Shown here: positions 49,876-60,058 of the stretch, piece by piece
How positions within the stretch are numbered: the first letter of the stretch is position 1
Layout: each line of letters begins with the position of its first letter
Assembly: GCA_028284325.1 (NCBI GenBank)
Contig: JANQRX010000011.1
Span: 11,792 to 75,791 of the forward strand
Direction of reading: 5' to 3'
Origin: Bauldia sp.
Lineage (GTDB): Bacteria; Pseudomonadota; Alphaproteobacteria; Rhizobiales; Kaistiaceae
Length of the DNA stretch: 64,000 nucleotides
Notes under the pieces: model-generated
The model's input: the letters and a program-made list of their open reading frames with translations, nothing else
What the model was told of the DNA's origin: nothing
The model's database searches: none
Made by a program: the position numbers and the translations under genes

Positions 49876-50835
49876 CTACGCGTCGAGCGCGGCCACCTCG
49901 GGCCGTTGCGCCCATTCCTGGTACCAGTTGGTGAACAGCTCGAGCTGCGCCTCGGCGTAGCCGCGCTGGCTGTCCGACAGCGTGTCGTCCGGGTTGAGGT
50001 TGCCGGCGAACGCCGCGTCGCCCTTCATGACGAGGAGGTGCTTGTAATAGAGCACCAGATCGGCGCCTTCGTCGAAGGACGACAGGACGCCGAGCGCGTC
50101 GTCGAGCGCCCGGGCCTGTTCGCGCGCGGCAACACTGCCGGCAGCGGCTTGCGCGCAGAGCTTCACCAGATGGAGGACCTCGTGGGGCAGCACGTTGCCG
50201 ATACCGGTGATGGCGCCCCTGGCGCCGCAGTTGACGTAGCCGTGGAAGACGCCGGTATCCACACCGACCAGCAGCATCAGGTCGGGATCGCGGCCGGTGA
50301 TGTGCTCGGCCGCGTAGCGCAGCGAATCCGGACCACCGAATTCCTTGAACCCGACCAGGTTCCTGTGGTCGCGGCGCAGGTCGAAGAACAGCTCCGCACG
50401 GGTCTGGAAGCCGTAATAGGGGCTGTTGTAGATGACCGCCGGCAGATCGCCGCCGGCGTTCAGGATTCCGGCGAAGTGCGCCCGCTGGGCCGCTGGCGAG
50501 GTGCCGCGCGACAGGACACGCGGGATCACCATCAGCCCGGCGGCGCCGACCTCGCGGGCATGGGCGGCGTGCGCGGCGGCACTCGCGGGGTTGACCGCGC
50601 CGGTGCCGACGACAACGGGCAGGCCCGCGGCGACCAGGCGCGCGACGCCCTCCTGCCTCTGCGCGTCGGTCAGCAGCGGCCAGTCCCCCATGGAGCCGCA
50701 ATACACCACCGCGCGCATGCCGGCCGCGATCAGCGTCTCGCCCTTGCGCACCAGCGCGTCGTAGTCCGGCGCGCCGTCGGCCTTGCAGGGCGTCATCAGG
50801 GCCGGCGCGCAACCGGCGAAGACATTGTCCGTCAC
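49876..50835 (-). CDS. DapA family protein (Delta1-pyrroline-4-hydroxy-2-carboxylate deaminase-like)
   Basis: GTG at 50835, 9 nt after AAGGAG. Motifs [13 protein letters not shown] and Lys context LVGFKEFGG. 319 aa. Lies in the Hyp gene context. Confidence 0.78.
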   Translation of the reverse strand: MTDNVFAGCAPALMTPCKADGAPDYDALVRKGETLIAAGMRAVVYCGSMGDWPLLTDAQRQEGVARLVAAGLPVVVGTGAVNPASAAAHAAHAREVGAAGLMVIPRVLSRGTSPAAQRAHFAGILNAGGDLPAVIYNSPYYGFQTRAELFFDLRRDHRNLVGFKEFGGPDSLRYAAEHITGRDPDLMLLVGVDTGVFHGYVNCGARGAITGIGNVLPHEVLHLVKLCAQAAAGSVAAREQARALDDALGVLSSFDEGADLVLYYKHLLVMKGDAAFAGNLNPDDTLSDSQRGYAEAQLELFTNWYQEWAQRPEVAALDA

Positions 50836-50855
50836 AACCAAAGTCTCCTTGCTCC

Positions 50856-51791
50856 TCACCGCGCGCGGCCGCTGGCACTGATGCCGATGGCGGCCAGGAT
50901 CACGAGCCCGGTGGTGAGATCGCGATAGAACGGATCGACGTTCAGAATGTTGAAGCCGTTGGCGATCAGCGCCAGCAGAAACACGCCGGCGATGCTGCGC
51001 CACACCGCGCCCGATCCGCCGTAGATGCTGGTGCCGCCCAGGATTACCGCAGCGATCGCCTGAAGCTCCATGCCGGTGCCGGCCGAGGCCTGCCCGAGGG
51101 CAACCCGCGAGGTGGTGATGATCGAGGCAAGCCCGGCGGCGAAACCGGCGATCGCAAAGGTGGCGATCTTGATGCGGTCGGTGCGAATGCCCGACAGGAT
51201 CGCCGCTTCCTCGTTGCCGCCGACCGAGAACACGCGGCGGCCGAAGGTCGTCCGGGTGAGCACGAACGACAGCACCAGCGCGAAGATCACCATGATCCAC
51301 ACGGCGTTGAAGACGCCCAGGAACTTGCCGCGTCCAAGCCAGATGAAATTGTCGAGCCGTGCCGAGATCAGGCGGCCGTCGGAGATCACCGTGGCGATGC
51401 CGCGGAAGATCAGGCTGGTGGCAATGGTCGCCAGGAAGGAATGGACGCTGAGCAGGGTGATCGCCAAGCCGTTGGCGTAGCCCAGCGCTAGGCCGACGAG
51501 CGGGGCAACCGCGAGCCCGACAAAGGGATCGACGTTGATGGCGAGCCAGGCCGAGACGACCGAGCCCATGGCGAAGATCGCACCGACCGAGAGATCGAAA
51601 CCGCCGGCGATGATCACCAGCGTCATGGCCGCGGCCATGATCGCCAGCGGCGCGTTCTGGTTCAGGATGTTGAGCAGGTTCTGGACCGTCAGGAAGCTGT
51701 CGGACAGCAGGCTGAGCGCGATCACGAGGATGACCATCATGATCAGGACGGCATAGCTCTGCAGGAAGCGGGCGAGCCGAACGCGGGTCAT
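50856..51791 (-). CDS. ABC transporter permease (CUT2, ribose/monosaccharide type)
   Basis: 311 aa, RbsC-like hydrophobic profile. 4-nt overlap with the ATPase gene. Confidence 0.9.
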   Translation of the reverse strand: MTRVRLARFLQSYAVLIMMVILVIALSLLSDSFLTVQNLLNILNQNAPLAIMAAAMTLVIIAGGFDLSVGAIFAMGSVVSAWLAINVDPFVGLAVAPLVGLALGYANGLAITLLSVHSFLATIATSLIFRGIATVISDGRLISARLDNFIWLGRGKFLGVFNAVWIMVIFALVLSFVLTRTTFGRRVFSVGGNEEAAILSGIRTDRIKIATFAIAGFAAGLASIITTSRVALGQASAGTGMELQAIAAVILGGTSIYGGSGAVWRSIAGVFLLALIANGFNILNVDPFYRDLTTGLVILAAIGISASGRAR

Positions 51792-53308
51792 GACGCCATG
51801 GCCTCGGCCTCTCCGCCCTGGTAGCGGAACAGTTTCGACAGGATCGCGGCTTCGTCGACGTCCTCGGGCACGATCTCCTCTACGGTCCGGCCGCGGTCGA
51901 CCAGATAGGCGCGGTGCGCCAGCCCCAGGACCTCGTCGATTTCACTGGAGATCAGCAGGATCGCGGCCCCGTTCTCGGCAAGCTCGGCGATGGCGTGGTG
52001 GATACGCTCACGCGCGCCGACATCCACGCCCCGGCTCGGTTCGTCGAGGATAACCAGCTTCGGATCGCGAAACAGCCACTTGCTGATGAGCACCTTCTGC
52101 TGGTTGCCGCCGGAGAAGTTGGCGATATTGGCCTCCGGATCCGGCGGCCGGACCTGCAAGTGCTCGATCAGGTCGCGCGTGCGGGTGCGCTCGTTGCGCT
52201 CGTCGACGACACCGCCGCGGGCCAGATGACGCAGATGCGGCAGCGTGATGTTGGCGCGCACGGTCAACGCCATCACCAGCCCCTGCCGCCGGCGGTCTTC
52301 AGGCACCAGCACCATGCCCATCTCGGCCGACCGCGCTACCGACCGCGTCGCATAATCCTGGCCGGCAAAGCGGACCTCGCCGGAACGCGCCGGGTCGGCG
52401 CCGACGATGGCGCGAACGATTTCGGTGCGCCCGCTGCCGACGAGGCCGATCAGGCCGACGATCTCACCGGCGCCGACCGTGATGGTGGCGCCGTTGGCGC
52501 CGGTGTCGCTTTCCAGGTCGCGGACCTCAAGCACCGTTTCCTGCGGCCGGACCGCATGGCGCGCGGGATAGACGGTCTCGGTCCGGCCCTCGCCGAGCAT
52601 GGCCGACACCAGGCTGCTCTTGGTTTCGTCGGAGGTCGCGCCGGTGCGCACCAGGTCGCCGTCGCGCAGGACGGTGATGCGATCGGTGGTGGCGAGGATA
52701 TCGTCGAGGAAGTGGGAGACGTAGACCACGGTGCGCCCCTCGTCGCGCAGCCGCTTCATGTCGACATGGAGCTGCTCGACCTCATCCTTCGACAGCGACG
52801 AGGTCGGCTCGTCCATGATGATGATCCTGGCGTCGCGGGCGAGCGCCCGCATGATCTCGATCTTCTGCCGGTCGGCGATGGGAAGATCGGAAACGACGGC
52901 GTTGGGATCGAGCCGGAAGCCGGTCCCCTGCATGAGATCGTTGAGCCGCGCTGCCTCATTGCCCGCGAGCACGCCCCAGCGGTTCTCCTCCAGCCCCATG
53001 AACACGTTCTGCGCGACCGTCAGGCCGGGCACGAGCTGCAGTTCCTGGTGCATGATGGCGACGCCGTTGGCGAGCGCGGTGGTGGGATCCCACACGGCCG
53101 GCTTCTCGCCGAACACCTCCAGACCGCCGGTGGTCGCGCGATAGTAGCCGCCGAGCACCTTGCCGAGCGTCGACTTGCCGGCCCCGTTCTCGCCCACGAG
53201 CCCGTGGATTTCGCCCTCGCCGATGGCAAGGTTCACGTCGCGCAGCACCGAGATGCCTCCGAAGGAGACCCCGATGTCGATGGCTCGAATGGCAGTGCGC
53301 CCGCTCAT
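51788..53308 (-). CDS. sugar-type ABC transporter ATP-binding protein (CUT2, duplicated ATPase)
   Basis: 506 aa with two fused nucleotide-binding domains. Walker A GENGAGKST, second-domain signature FSGGNQQK. Confidence 0.92.
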   Translation of the reverse strand: MSGRTAIRAIDIGVSFGGISVLRDVNLAIGEGEIHGLVGENGAGKSTLGKVLGGYYRATTGGLEVFGEKPAVWDPTTALANGVAIMHQELQLVPGLTVAQNVFMGLEENRWGVLAGNEAARLNDLMQGTGFRLDPNAVVSDLPIADRQKIEIMRALARDARIIIMDEPTSSLSKDEVEQLHVDMKRLRDEGRTVVYVSHFLDDILATTDRITVLRDGDLVRTGATSDETKSSLVSAMLGEGRTETVYPARHAVRPQETVLEVRDLESDTGANGATITVGAGEIVGLIGLVGSGRTEIVRAIVGADPARSGEVRFAGQDYATRSVARSAEMGMVLVPEDRRRQGLVMALTVRANITLPHLRHLARGGVVDERNERTRTRDLIEHLQVRPPDPEANIANFSGGNQQKVLISKWLFRDPKLVILDEPSRGVDVGARERIHHAIAELAENGAAILLISSEIDEVLGLAHRAYLVDRGRTVEEIVPEDVDEAAILSKLFRYQGGEAEAMAS

Positions 53309-53319
53309 GGCGCTCCCGG

Positions 53320-55029
53320 TCAGGTCCTGGGTTCCGATCCGGCGACGTCCGCGGTGAGGTCGGCGCCGACCTTGACACCATAGTCCTTCATGGCGCCCTC
53401 GACACTGACATAACCGCGACGCACATCCGTCACGACCTCCTCGAACGGGCGTTCACGCGCCACGCCGTTGCCGCCACCGCCGCCGGTCTGGGTCTCGACG
53501 ACGGTGCCCGCCGCAATCGGCCGGGCCCGCATCTTGAGCAGTTCCTCGACGGTGCCGTCGGGGTGGCGCACCTCCACATGCGGACCGGCGCCGTCCTCGC
53601 CGCCGTTCAGGCCCCAGGCCGGCGTCCGCGAGCGTTCGAACCAGATCGCCGCGTAGCAGTCCTCCAGCGTCCGGTAGCGCCGCACGACCCCGCAGCCGCC
53701 GCGATGGCGGCCGGCGCCGCCGGAATCTGTGCGGAAGGAGAACTCCTCCAGCCGCAGCGGGAACTTGATCTCCATGACCTCGCCCGGGATGTTGCGAAAG
53801 CCGCCATTGACCAGGTTGATGAGCGCGCTCTCGCCGTCACCGTCCGAACGTCCGCCCCAGCCGCCGGCCGTTGGCTCGATCGAAATCCACTGGCCGCGTC
53901 GGGGATCGACGGAGAAGAAGCCCATCACCATGGAGTCGCCGTAATGGGCGGCGGTCGACCGTTCGGGCATGGCTTCGGAGAGGCAGGAGATGAACAGGTC
54001 GGCGAGCAGCCCCAGCCCGGTGAAGTACCACTCGCAGGCCGCCGGTTCGCCGGCGTTGAACATGCATTCGTCAGGGATGATCACCGTCATGGTCTCGAAC
54101 GAACCGCCGGTGATCGCCCGGTCGGAGTTGATCATCGTCTTGTAGGCGAGCCGGAGCAGCGAGTGGGTCTGGCTCGCACCGCAGTTGACCGATCCGGGCA
54201 CGGGGCCGGACGTGCCGTTGAGATCGACGATCAGCTCCTCGCCCTTGACCGTCAGCGTCAGCGCGACCTTGACGGGCTCGTCGCCGACGCCGTCGTTGTC
54301 GAGATAACCCTCGCGCGACCAGGTGCCGTCGGGGATGGCGGCGATGGCCTCGCGGTCCATCCGCCGCGCCTGCTCGAAGATGTTCTGGCACGCGGCGCGA
54401 TAGGTCGCGGGTCCGATCTTGCCGATGAGCTGCTGCAGGCGCTGCTGGCCGGTGCGGATCGCGGCGATCTGCGCGCCGAGATCGCCGATCGAGGCATCGG
54501 GCAGCCGCGTGTTCAGCCGCAGGAGGTCGTACCATTCGCGGAGCGGCTCGCCCTTCCTGATGATGCGCGTGGGGCCCAGCCGTAGCCCCTCCTGGTAGAT
54601 GTTGGTCGACCCCATGATGGTGCCGGGGTCCATGGCGCCGATATCGTTCCAGTGGGCACGGGCGGCGCCGAAGCCGACAAGCTCGCCTTCATGGAACAGC
54701 GGTCCCACCGCCGTGATGTCGTGCAGATGGGTCCCCTGCAGGTAGCTGTCGTTCATGATGAACACGTCGCCCTCGGCGATGTCGTCGCCGTAGTAGTCCT
54801 TGACGTGCTTCACGCAGACATCGATGGCGCCGATGAACAGCGGCACGCCGGTCGACTGGCCGAGCATGTTGCCGTCGGCGTCCATGAGGGCGACGGCGCT
54901 GTCCTTGCCTTCGTAGATGACGGCGGAGTGGGCGGAGCGCCACAGCGAGGCGTTCATGTCCTCCGCGCATGAGATCACGAAGTTGCGGACGACTTCCGTG
55001 GTGACCGGATCGGCTGTCGCTTGCGTCAT
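53320..55029 (-). CDS. hydantoinase B / oxoprolinase family protein (HyuB)
   Basis: ATG at 55029 (MTQATADPVTTEVVRNFV...) inside ORF 53320..55989. 569 aa, typical HyuB N-terminus. ATGA overlap with the HyuA stop. Confidence 0.9.
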   Translation of the reverse strand: MTQATADPVTTEVVRNFVISCAEDMNASLWRSAHSAVIYEGKDSAVALMDADGNMLGQSTGVPLFIGAIDVCVKHVKDYYGDDIAEGDVFIMNDSYLQGTHLHDITAVGPLFHEGELVGFGAARAHWNDIGAMDPGTIMGSTNIYQEGLRLGPTRIIRKGEPLREWYDLLRLNTRLPDASIGDLGAQIAAIRTGQQRLQQLIGKIGPATYRAACQNIFEQARRMDREAIAAIPDGTWSREGYLDNDGVGDEPVKVALTLTVKGEELIVDLNGTSGPVPGSVNCGASQTHSLLRLAYKTMINSDRAITGGSFETMTVIIPDECMFNAGEPAACEWYFTGLGLLADLFISCLSEAMPERSTAAHYGDSMVMGFFSVDPRRGQWISIEPTAGGWGGRSDGDGESALINLVNGGFRNIPGEVMEIKFPLRLEEFSFRTDSGGAGRHRGGCGVVRRYRTLEDCYAAIWFERSRTPAWGLNGGEDGAGPHVEVRHPDGTVEELLKMRARPIAAGTVVETQTGGGGGNGVARERPFEEVVTDVRRGYVSVEGAMKDYGVKVGADLTADVAGSEPRT

Positions 55030-57050
55030 GATGCGGGCTCCCTCGTCAACGACAGATGGCCGCCGTCGATCAGACGCGCCTGCCAGCCGGGCGGGATCAG
55101 GGTCGTGGCCGTGGATTCCTCGATGATCGCCGGCCCCGCGACCTCGTCGCCCGCACTGATAGCGTTGCGGTCGAGGATCGCGGTCGACATGGCCTCGCCG
55201 CCGAACACCACCTTGCGCTCGCGCGCCGGCTTGGCCGGTTCGGCCGCCGGGGGTGCATTGTCCGGCCGCGGCAGCCGTCCGACCGCGGCGACGCGGATGT
55301 TGGCCATCTCGACGCGGTTCTCCGGGCTGTTGTGCCCGTATTGGCGGAGATACGCCTCGTCGAAGCTCTTCCGCACCGCGTCCATGTCGACCGCTCCGCC
55401 GGGCACGGGGATCGAGAGCACGTACTCCTGGCCGAAGTAGCGAAAGTCGATCAGGCGCTCGAAGGTGATCGCCTCGTCGGCCACCCCCTCCTCTCGCAGG
55501 TAGGCGCGCCCGCGATCCTCCAGGCCGGTAAAAGCCGCGTCCAGCGTCGCCGGCTCCATGAGATCCCAGAAGCTGTAGAGCGTTTCCTTGAAGTCGTGGC
55601 GCACGTCGGTCTGGAGCATCCCCCAGGCCGAGAACGCACCCGGATGGACCGGCACGATGACCTCGCCGATCATGAGCTCTTCGGCCAAGGCGGCGGCCTG
55701 CGCCGGGCCCGCGCCGCCGAAGGCGACCAGCGAGAAATCGCGCGGATCGATGCCGCGCTGCACGGTGATGGTTCGAATGGCGTCGGCCATCTTGGCGTTG
55801 ATGACGTCGATCACGCCTTGGGCCATCGCTTCGGCCGACAGCCCGAACGTCTCGCCCATGCCGGCAAGCGCGCGCCGTGCGGCCTCGACGTCCAGGGTGA
55901 TGTCGCCACCGAAGTTGGCGCTGTCGAGGCGGCCGAGCACGAGGTTGGCGTCGGAGACCGTCGGCTCGGCGCCGCCGCGACCGTAGCACACCGGGCCGGG
56001 ATCGGAGCCGGCCGATTGCGGGCCGACCCGCATGGCGCCGGCCTCCTGCCAGGCGATGGAGCCGCCGCCGGCGCCGATGACGTGGATGTCCACCACCGAC
56101 ATCTGGACCGGGAGTCCTTCCAGCTTGGTCTCATTCGACTGCGACGGCAGGCCGTCGATGATGAGGCTGGCATCGAAGGACGTGCCGCCCATGTCGACGC
56201 AGATGAGGTTCGGGCGCCCGATGCCCGCGGCGAGCGCCTTGCCGCCGGTGGCGCCGCCCACCGGCCCCGACAGCAGGGTCTGCAGCGGCGTCTCGCTGGC
56301 CGAGGCCACGGTCATGACGCCGCCATTCGATTCCATCACGTGTAGGCCCTGCCCCGCCGGCAGGCGATCCTTCAGGCTCTCGACCAGGGTCTGCAGATAG
56401 GTCTGCACCACCGGCGCGAGGTAGCTGTCCATGACCACGGTCGAGGTCCGCTCGAACTCGCGCCATTCGGGGGAGACCCGGTGGGAGAGGCCAATCGGGA
56501 TGCCGGGCAGCCGCTCGGCGAGATACGCCGCGGCGGCCTTCTCGTGCTCCGGATTGACGAAGGAGAACAGGAACGCGATGGCGATCGCCTCGTAGCCTTC
56601 CTTCCTGGTTGCCTCGACGAGTGCGTCGAGATCATCGGTGTTCAGCGGCTCGACCACCTCGCCGCTGCCGGCGATCCGGCCGCGCGCCGCATAGGTGTGC
56701 TCCAGTGTCGCCAGCGGCTCCGGCTTGTTCCAGCGGATGGAGAAGATCTCGCCGCGGTCATTGCCCTGGATGGTGTAGATGTCGCGGAAGTTCTCGTTGG
56801 TGAGCAACGCGACCTTGGCGCCGTTGCGGGTCAGAAGGGCGTTCAAACCCACCGTCGTGCCGTGCACGAAGAAGTCGATCTCGGCGTCCGCCGGAATGGC
56901 GGCGTGGATACCCTCCAGGACCGCCAGGGCCGGATTCTTCGGCGTCGACAGGACCTTGACGGCGCCACACGCGCCGGACTCCGCGTCCTGGAAGACGATG
57001 TCGGTGAAGGTGCCGCCGATATCGGCCGACACGCGGTAGGTGTTGGTCAA
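55026..57050 (-). CDS. hydantoinase A / oxoprolinase family protein (HyuA)
   Basis: 674 aa. N-terminal ADIGGTFTDIV ATPase (ASKHA-like) motif. Confidence 0.9.
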   Translation of the reverse strand: MTNTYRVSADIGGTFTDIVFQDAESGACGAVKVLSTPKNPALAVLEGIHAAIPADAEIDFFVHGTTVGLNALLTRNGAKVALLTNENFRDIYTIQGNDRGEIFSIRWNKPEPLATLEHTYAARGRIAGSGEVVEPLNTDDLDALVEATRKEGYEAIAIAFLFSFVNPEHEKAAAAYLAERLPGIPIGLSHRVSPEWREFERTSTVVMDSYLAPVVQTYLQTLVESLKDRLPAGQGLHVMESNGGVMTVASASETPLQTLLSGPVGGATGGKALAAGIGRPNLICVDMGGTSFDASLIIDGLPSQSNETKLEGLPVQMSVVDIHVIGAGGGSIAWQEAGAMRVGPQSAGSDPGPVCYGRGGAEPTVSDANLVLGRLDSANFGGDITLDVEAARRALAGMGETFGLSAEAMAQGVIDVINAKMADAIRTITVQRGIDPRDFSLVAFGGAGPAQAAALAEELMIGEVIVPVHPGAFSAWGMLQTDVRHDFKETLYSFWDLMEPATLDAAFTGLEDRGRAYLREEGVADEAITFERLIDFRYFGQEYVLSIPVPGGAVDMDAVRKSFDEAYLRQYGHNSPENRVEMANIRVAAVGRLPRPDNAPPAAEPAKPARERKVVFGGEAMSTAILDRNAISAGDEVAGPAIIEESTATTLIPPGWQARLIDGGHLSLTREPAS

Positions 57051-57122
57051 CGCCTCTGATCCCCGCCGTTGCAGGACGGCCGGAGGTGTCCCCGGCCGCC
57101 CGATTGTTTCTAGCCTACCGGC

Positions 57123-58118
57123 TTACTGCTCCCACTCGCCGCCGAAATCGGGGTTGGCGTCGAGCACGGCTTTGTCGATCATGGCCTCGAGCGGACCGGA
57201 GACATCCATGTTGATGGCGTTGGTCACCGGCTTGCCCTCGATGGCGTTGGCGATCTGCTCCATGGCCAGTTCGCCCATGGTCTTGGGGAAGTAGGCCAGG
57301 GTCGCGTCCCAGCGTCCCTCGCGGATCGCATCGATGGCGATGGCCGCCGCGCCCCCACCGGTGAGATAAAGGTCGGCGACGTCGTGGCCGGCGGCCTCAA
57401 GGGCGATCTCCACGCCCACCAGATGCTGGTCGGCATTCGACAGGACAGCATGGACGTCCGAGTTCGCCTGCAGGATGTCGGTCATCGCCTGCAGCGACGG
57501 ATCGGGCGAATACCAGCCCTCGCCGACGGCCACGACGTTGATGTTGGCGTGGTTGGCGAGAACGCTTTCGAAGGTCTCCAGACGCAGATTGTCGAAGGGG
57601 AAGATCTTCGCGCCGATGATGATCACGACGTTGCAGGGATCGCGGTCCGCGCAGAACTCCACGACGGCTTCGGCCTGCAGGGTCGCACCCGGAACCGGCG
57701 GCGACGCCACCGTCGCCGTGATGCCCTCGACCTGGGGCTCGAGCGTGTTGAGGTCGGGTCCGACCGGGAACAGCACCGTGGCGATCGGTACGCCGGCGGC
57801 GATCACCTGCTCGAACGCCCCGGCCACCCCGACGCTGTCGTTCGGCGCGACAATCATGCCGTCGAACTGGCCGCCCGCGAGGATGTCCTCGATCTGGTTG
57901 TACTGCACGGCAGCGTCGAACTGGCCGTCGAAGATCTCTGTCTCGTAGCCGAGCTCCTTGGCCTTGGCTTCGACGCCGGCATAGGTGGCCTGGTTGAATC
58001 CGTTCTGGGACGCCGCAGCGAAGTAGGCGACCCTCTTGGTCTGGGCTTCGGCAACGCCGGCCATCGCCGTCGCCGCCAACGCGGCACTCGCCACCAGGAT
58101 TCCGAGCGGTTTACTCAT
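57123..58118 (-). CDS. ABC transporter substrate-binding protein (type I periplasmic binding fold, sugar-type)
   Basis: ATG at 58118. Signal peptide MSKPLGILVASAALAATAMAGVAEAQ. 331 aa. Confidence 0.88.
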   Translation of the reverse strand: MSKPLGILVASAALAATAMAGVAEAQTKRVAYFAAASQNGFNQATYAGVEAKAKELGYETEIFDGQFDAAVQYNQIEDILAGGQFDGMIVAPNDSVGVAGAFEQVIAAGVPIATVLFPVGPDLNTLEPQVEGITATVASPPVPGATLQAEAVVEFCADRDPCNVVIIIGAKIFPFDNLRLETFESVLANHANINVVAVGEGWYSPDPSLQAMTDILQANSDVHAVLSNADQHLVGVEIALEAAGHDVADLYLTGGGAAAIAIDAIREGRWDATLAYFPKTMGELAMEQIANAIEGKPVTNAINMDVSGPLEAMIDKAVLDANPDFGGEWEQ

Positions 58119-58232
58119 CCGTTGCACTCCCTGTTTGATGAATTCGCTGGACGCGCTGAAATTATGCAAACATAATACAAACATAAAACCAAGCGGTATG
58201 CGACAGAAAAGTTGGCCGGAAACGTGATTGGA

Positions 58233-58955
58233 ATGGCATCGACACCGGCGCGCCGCGGTCGCCGCGGGGCGCTGCAGGTCTATGACCGGCTGCGCGACGA
58301 CATCCTCTGGCTCAGGCTCGAACCGGGGTCGGCGCTGGACGAAGTGGCGCTGGCCGAACGGTTCGAGGTGTCGCGCACCCCGGTGCGGGAGGCGCTGGTG
58401 ATGCTTGCTGGCGAGGGGCTGGTCCAGTTCCTGCCCAACCGCACCACGATCGTGGCGCCGATGCTCCTCAACAACACCGGCGACTATGTCGATGTCCTGC
58501 TGGTGCTCTCGCGCTCGGTGGCGCGGGCGGCGGCGCTCTCACGGAGGGCCGACGCGGATACGCTTGAGGGCTATGTCGACCAGTACCGGCGCGCGATCGT
58601 CGACGGCGACATGCCCGAAGCCGCGATCAAGGCCGCCAACACCTTCCAGCGTCACCTTGCCGAGCTCACCGGCAACATCTTCCTGATCCAGTATTTCGAC
58701 CAGATCCTCGACGCCGGCGTGCGCAGCCGGGTGCTGCACTACTTCCCCAATGCGTCGCGGGAGGAACTCCTGTCGACCGTGGATCAGTTCGAGGCCCTGG
58801 CGGCCGCCGTGCTCACCGGCGATGCCGATGCCAGCGACGAAGCCACTTCGCGCATCATCGCATTCGACGTCGCCGTCATCACGCGATCGCTGCAGCCGAG
58901 CTTCGGGGCAACGATGGACGTCGCGATCGCAGCGGGAGCACAAAACCTTGGATAA
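58233..58955 (+). CDS. GntR family transcriptional regulator (FadR/FCD type)
   Basis: wHTH LDEVALAERFEVSRTPVREALVMLAGEGLV plus an all-helical C-terminal domain. Start is uncertain: TTG 58212, GTG 58224 or ATG 58233. Confidence 0.85.
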   Translation: MASTPARRGRRGALQVYDRLRDDILWLRLEPGSALDEVALAERFEVSRTPVREALVMLAGEGLVQFLPNRTTIVAPMLLNNTGDYVDVLLVLSRSVARAAALSRRADADTLEGYVDQYRRAIVDGDMPEAAIKAANTFQRHLAELTGNIFLIQYFDQILDAGVRSRVLHYFPNASREELLSTVDQFEALAAAVLTGDADASDEATSRIIAFDVAVITRSLQPSFGATMDVAIAAGAQNLG

Positions 58956-60057
58956 GAGCGTGCTGCACAAGCGCATCGGACGCGCCGCCGAACTGGCCGC
59001 GGAATCCGGCCTTGCCGGGTTCGCCTTCGTCCCCGGCCCGAACTTCCTCTATCTGACCGGGCTCAACTTTCATCTCATGGAGCGCCCCACCCTGCTCGTG
59101 GTGACGGCGCAGGCTGATGTTCTCGGCGTGATGCCGGAACTGGAGCGCCTGAAATGGACGGGGACCTTTCCCGACGCCCGCACGTTCTACTGGCAGGACA
59201 GCGACGGTTTCGAGGCGGCCTTCGGCACGCTTGCGGCCGAACTCGGGCCGGTTGCGCTCGGCGTCGAGGGCGACCGCATGCGCGTCTTCGAGGGCGATGC
59301 GCTTCGTCGGGTTTTCGGTGGCGACCAGGTCAGCGACGCCAGTGCATCCCTGGTTCCGCTCCGCATCTGCAAGGACGCCGACGAAATCGACCGGCTGGCG
59401 CGCGCCATCGTCATCTCCGAGCAGGCCCTCGGCGAGACGCTGGACGGGGTGCGCATCGGCGACACCGAACGTTCCATCGTCGCGCGGCTGCAGGCCGCCA
59501 TGCTGGCCCACGACGCCCACGGTTTCGCCTTCTCACCGATCGCGTTGGTGGGCGGCAAGGCGGCCAATCCCCATGGTATGCCCGACGACACCCCGATCGC
59601 GGCCGGGGACGCCCTGCTGATCGATTTCGGCGCCCACTTCGCGGGCTTCAACGCCGACATCACCCGCACCACCTTCTGCGGCCACGTCTCCGACGAGCAC
59701 GCCGCGATCTACGAAACGGTCCTCGCCGCCAACGAAACGGGCCGGGCTACGGCCGCGCCGGGCGTCACGGCCGATCAGTTGGACACCACCACCACGGCCG
59801 TTCTCAAGGCCTCGTCATTCGCGGACCTCATCGTCCACAAGACCGGCCACGGGCTCGGGCTCGACGTCCACGAAGCGCCTTACATCATGGTCGGCAATCA
59901 TCAGGAACTCGCCGCCGGCATGGTGTTGACCATCGAACCCGGGCTCTACCGCGAGGGCGATGTCGGCATCCGCATCGAGGATAACGTCGTTATCACCGAC
60001 GACGGTGCGCGGTCGCTGACGCAGTTCGACCGGTCCCTTCGCATCGTCGGCGCCTGA
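58948..60057 (+). CDS. M24 family metallopeptidase (Xaa-Pro dipeptidase/aminopeptidase-like)
   Basis: TTG 58948 (GGGAG 9 nt upstream) or GTG 58960. All five metal ligand contexts are present: LIDFG, NADITRT, GHGLG, TIEPG and RIEDN. Confidence 0.85.
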   Translation: MDKSVLHKRIGRAAELAAESGLAGFAFVPGPNFLYLTGLNFHLMERPTLLVVTAQADVLGVMPELERLKWTGTFPDARTFYWQDSDGFEAAFGTLAAELGPVALGVEGDRMRVFEGDALRRVFGGDQVSDASASLVPLRICKDADEIDRLARAIVISEQALGETLDGVRIGDTERSIVARLQAAMLAHDAHGFAFSPIALVGGKAANPHGMPDDTPIAAGDALLIDFGAHFAGFNADITRTTFCGHVSDEHAAIYETVLAANETGRATAAPGVTADQLDTTTTAVLKASSFADLIVHKTGHGLGLDVHEAPYIMVGNHQELAAGMVLTIEPGLYREGDVGIRIEDNVVITDDGARSLTQFDRSLRIVGA

Positions 60058-60058
60058 G

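Noticed and set aside
53320-55989. An 889-aa ORF extending HyuB upstream, and a 513-aa ORF 62152..63693 extending the dehydrogenase
   Set aside because: The extensions overlap HyuA and the aldo/keto reductase gene out of frame and are compositionally non-coding. Internal ATGs at 55029 and 63090 give canonical N-termini.
58948-60057. M24 protein as a creatinase, which with HyuAB would suggest creatinine/N-methylhydantoin catabolism
   Set aside because: All five metal-binding residues typical of Xaa-Pro peptidases are present. Creatinases lack them. No creatininase, carbamoylsarcosine amidase or sarcosine oxidase genes are in the window.
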